A stretch of 63,993 nucleotides of DNA, filler included, from Octopus bimaculoides (taxonomy: Eukaryota), in assembly GCF_001194135.2 (NCBI RefSeq). It is 6 parts of 6 records of this genome, joined end to end, with 100 filler letters (N's around TTAATTAATTAA, not from the genome) between each part and the next. Parts side by side here need not be neighbours in the genome. Positions count along the whole stretch, not along the records: positions 60,845 to 63,993 come from NC_068992.1; 5 more parts are not named here. The stretch is one strand, 5' to 3'. Each line of letters begins with the position of its first letter. Position 1 is the first letter of the stretch. Positions 63,929 to 63,993 of the stretch are shown here, piece after piece. The notes beneath the pieces are model-generated. The model made no database searches, was not told the origin of the DNA, and saw only the letters and a program-made list of their open reading frames with translations. The position numbers and the translations under genes were made by a program.

Positions 63929-63993
63929 TGATGTATGCTTGTACGTATGTATGTATGTATGTATGTATCTATCTATCTATATCTATCTATCTA

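Overview
Eukaryotic, AT-rich, gap-ridden draft-assembly DNA dominated by microsatellites and tRNA-derived SINEs. The repeat families look like those of an octopus genome; this is recognition from memory, not a database hit. One protein-coding gene is well supported: a spliced small heat-shock (alpha-crystallin-domain) gene on the + strand, with exons 10154-10330 and 10666-10899 and a probable first coding exon at 3801-3875 (161 aa model). The rest is intronic or intergenic. It holds three SINE families, RTE- and CR1-like LINE 3' fragments, a dead DD37D Tc1/mariner, a hAT transposase relic split by nested insertions, several MITE-like foldbacks, decayed minisatellites and possible Penelope/GIY-YIG and C2H2-zinc-finger relics. 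The most interesting signal is a set of minimal type-I hammerhead ribozyme motifs: 7956-7991 (-), 18675-18713 (-), 19009-19053 (+) and a gap-truncated one at 27882-27914 (-). The one at 19009 sits inside a tRNA-headed (Pol III A/B box) SINE-like element, suggesting a self-cleaving, possibly Penelope-mobilised SINE or retrozyme-like family. Almost all ORFs in the supplied track are artefacts of microsatellites and N-runs. All structure and alignment calls were made by eye; no folding or search software was run.
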